From: Lepidodermella squamata
Lineage: Eukaryota > Animalia > Gastrotricha
Length of the DNA stretch: 64,000 bases
Assembly (NCBI GenBank): GCA_047495785.1
Contig: JBLDXI010000001.1
Span: 1,736,001 to 1,800,000, forward strand
Direction: 5' to 3'
Each line of letters begins with the position of its first letter. Position 1 is the first letter of the stretch. Positions 61,224-64,000 of this stretch are shown one piece after another. The position numbers and the translations under genes are program-made. Below the pieces are notes generated by a model. That model did no database searches and had not been told where the DNA came from. It saw nothing but the letters and a program-made list of their open reading frames with translations.

Positions 61224-64000
61224 CTAGCCCAAGTTGGAGAACGCCATTCTCAACGCCGGAGTCGTAACGCGCCGAGTCCCGCCTCGTCGAAGCAGCAAGT
61301 CCGCTACATCAGCCTGGCCATACTCATCAGCCAGCGTAATAGCTGTATTGCCGTCCTTATCCTCCGCATTAGGATTCGCACCCTTGTCCAACAAAATCCA
61401 GACAATTTGAATATAACCACCCTTCGCCGCGACCATCAACGGGGTAACTCGATCGTTATTCGCGTTGTTTGGATTTGCCCCGGCTATAAGGAGATGCTGA
61501 ACGGTATCGCTGAAATTGCCGCGCGCCGCCCATATCAACGGCGTATTGCCCTCCATATCTTCCACTTCGACGTTTACCCCTTTTAGCAGGAGGGTCTTCA
61601 CCACCTCATTGTAGCCACCCTGAGCTGCGAACATCAGCGCGGTTGAGCCGAATAAATTCGTGACATTCGGGTTCGCGCCGCTGTCGAGTAGCAGCTTGAC
61701 GGGGGCGACATTGCCAGCCTTCGCCGCGAATAACAGGGCGGTAGAGCCGGCTCCGTTCAGCAGATCGACACTCGCCCGGCAGTTGAGCAGCTGGTTCATA
61801 ACAGCTACCTGGTTGTTCGAGGCAGCCCACATTAGAGCGGACCAGCCATTTGGGTCCTGTGAGTTGGGATCAGCACCAGCAAAGAGAAGGAAAGCAACCA
61901 TTGTCGAGTTGCCAGTTCGGGCTGCGTTTATCAAATCAACAGATTTCGACTTCACATCCGGCCCGCATTCGCCAGGACCAGGTACCATGGATCTAGCTGA
62001 AATAACAAATAATAGAAAATAAGTTGGTTAAATCATGATAAAGCCGGATCTCCAATAGATGAAGAGAATTTTCAAATGAATATCTCAAAATTCCGAAAAT
62101 ATCAAGATACTCTGAAAAAGGATTTCTGAGCTGATAGTTCGATTTCGCGATGCCCTTATTGAATTATCAGTTCCAAAGATATCGAGGAATGAACTTCCAG
62201 TAACACTCAAAATTTTAAATTAAAATTAAAATTATTTTAAAAATTATTTAAATTTCGAATTTGAATTTGAACTATTTGAATTTTGAATTTTAATTATTTT
62301 AAATTTAATTAATTATTTAATCTTAGAACATCATTATTTCAATTTTTTTTATTAAATTACGTCTGCAAACGCCGAAATCTCCAGACCAGTCGAATCGAAC
62401 GCAAAAAGCCCGATCTCTCGTGCTAGGGTAGACTTCGTAGTCCGGGTTGCACTTCAACACCGCCATCATGCCGTCAGTCACCGATACACTGAGAATGTCC
62501 TGACTTTCCGAAGTCACAAATTTCCCATTCGAAACTGCCGGAAGCAAACATCGCTAAAATGAAAGTCAGATTTTCAATTGAAACTAAAACAAAATCAATC
62601 TAGCAAACCGCCGTTGCTGATCCGATCATTGGCATCGGTGGTGGGGCAGTCGAAGGTGCAGGAGCGCCCATTTCTTGAAAAAACACAATGAAATAAACCA
62701 GCGATAACGAGATTCAACCGAAACTTACGTCGGCACATGCCAAAAGACCCGGTCCAAATACCGTTGCTGCAATACGCCCTTGCAACGCCTTGATCTATCA
62801 CGCAGGTAGAATCACACTGAAGCACGATCAGCGTTCCATCCGGAACGGTTGGGCCCATCACACGTTGGATACTCGAAGCGTTGATGAATACCCCGTTAGG
62901 GACATTAGGCAGGGTGCAGTCGCCGAGAATTCGGATACAGGAGCCGAGAGTGGGCGATAAGACACCATCGGAACAAAGCGCGGTCTGCGAGCCACGCGCC
63001 GATGCGTAACCAGGGTTGCAGCGTAAAATGACGGCAGTATCAGGCGCAACCCAGGTAACGGTCAACATTTCGCCTTCGATGGTAAAAAATCGCCCGTAGA
63101 GATCGAACGGCAATGAGCATCTCCGCATAGGTGTGGTGGTTGTAGTTCGCCGGGTTGTTGTAGTTGGGGTAGTTGTAGGGGTAGGTGGGAACGGCCAAAC
63201 TTGAAAGTTTAGGGTTTTAGATCAATGACAACTAAAATAATGTCCATACTTGAGCGGCAAGTTCCGAAGGGAGGTGTCCAAACTCCATTCATGCAAATCG
63301 ACTTTTCCACTCCTTGCAGCGTGTAGCCAACATCGCAGCAGAGCACGGCCATCATGCGATTCGGGACAATGCTGCCTCGAATAGCGTCGCCGGTTTGAGT
63401 CATAAGGCGCCCGTTCGGAAAATCCGGAATTTCACACCAGACAATTGGCGAAGCTGAAAAGAATTGGAAGCATTTATGTGTTATACAAAAATTTTGTTAC
63501 CAACTTCGAATCTGTCCTTCGACACATGCGCCAACTTTATTCGACCAAACGCCGTCGCTGCTACATGTAGCTCGGTCTTGGCCGACGAGAACGTAACCGG
63601 GTTTACAGGTTATTTTGATAACTGCGTACATAGGGGCGATGAAACCGGAGCCTTCTATACCGGGCCCGCCGTTAACCGATACCACTCCATCGCAGACGTA
63701 GGGCACATCGCACTGAGAAAATTGCAAAAAATGCTTAATTTCGATCTAATTCAAATATTTTTACCGATGCAGTGACAGAAGGAACTGATAAAAAAATTAA
63801 AGAAATTAAGACAAATTTGGCTAAAAAAGCGCTTAAATTTTACTTCTAATTGTTGGCGGTGAAAGAATGCATCGGCCAATTCGGTTCGACCACGCGCCAG
63901 AGTCTAAACAGTCGCTCTCCGAATTGCCGGCAATTTCATAGCCAGGGTCGCATGTCAGCTGGATACGCGTTCCGCATTCGACATCGAAATTGAGCAGGGG
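61224..64000 (-). CDS. Sushi-ankyrin gene G (5' part outside window): at least 6 CCP domains with P/T linkers, then ANK (~6)
   Basis: CCP exons near 64000-63844, 63712-63501, 63453-63251, 63128-62729 (two CCPs) and 62553-62361, each with C..P..NG/C.PGY/C..G.W...G.C. Terminal ANK exon ~61996-61224. Confidence 0.83.

Noticed and set aside
38805-64000. Bacterial contamination as the source of the ankyrin genes
   Set aside because: The genes have spliceosomal introns of the same size and style as the conserved genes and are fused to metazoan CCP exons.

Overview
Eukaryotic (metazoan invertebrate) DNA from a compact, gene-dense genome with very short AT-rich GT-AG introns (most ~48-65 nt). I cannot name the species. 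The left part (1-36 kb) holds conserved genes: a carboxylesterase, a GPI-type Ly6/uPAR (LU) protein, an EVI5-like TBC Rab-GAP, a stand-alone IDAX/TET-type CXXC zinc-finger gene head-to-head with pumilio, and MCTP. The right part (36-64 kb) is an expanded block of secreted or surface proteins. It contains a Cys-rich + NHL-propeller protein, seven ankyrin-repeat genes, and three tandem GABA-B-like class C GPCRs embedded among them. The six complete ankyrin genes have signal peptides, and six of the seven fuse ankyrin arrays to Sushi/CCP domains in varied orders. The main candidate novelty is this family of extracellular Sushi-ankyrin proteins: one looks GPI-anchored, one is frameshifted, and they are built from a shared phase-0 CCP exon cassette. 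Other oddities are GPCR paralogs with conserved flytrap but diverged 7TM domains, an over-represented TTAAGGWGG motif, and several foldback/MITE-like elements. Exon coordinates were derived by hand and need RNA-seq confirmation.
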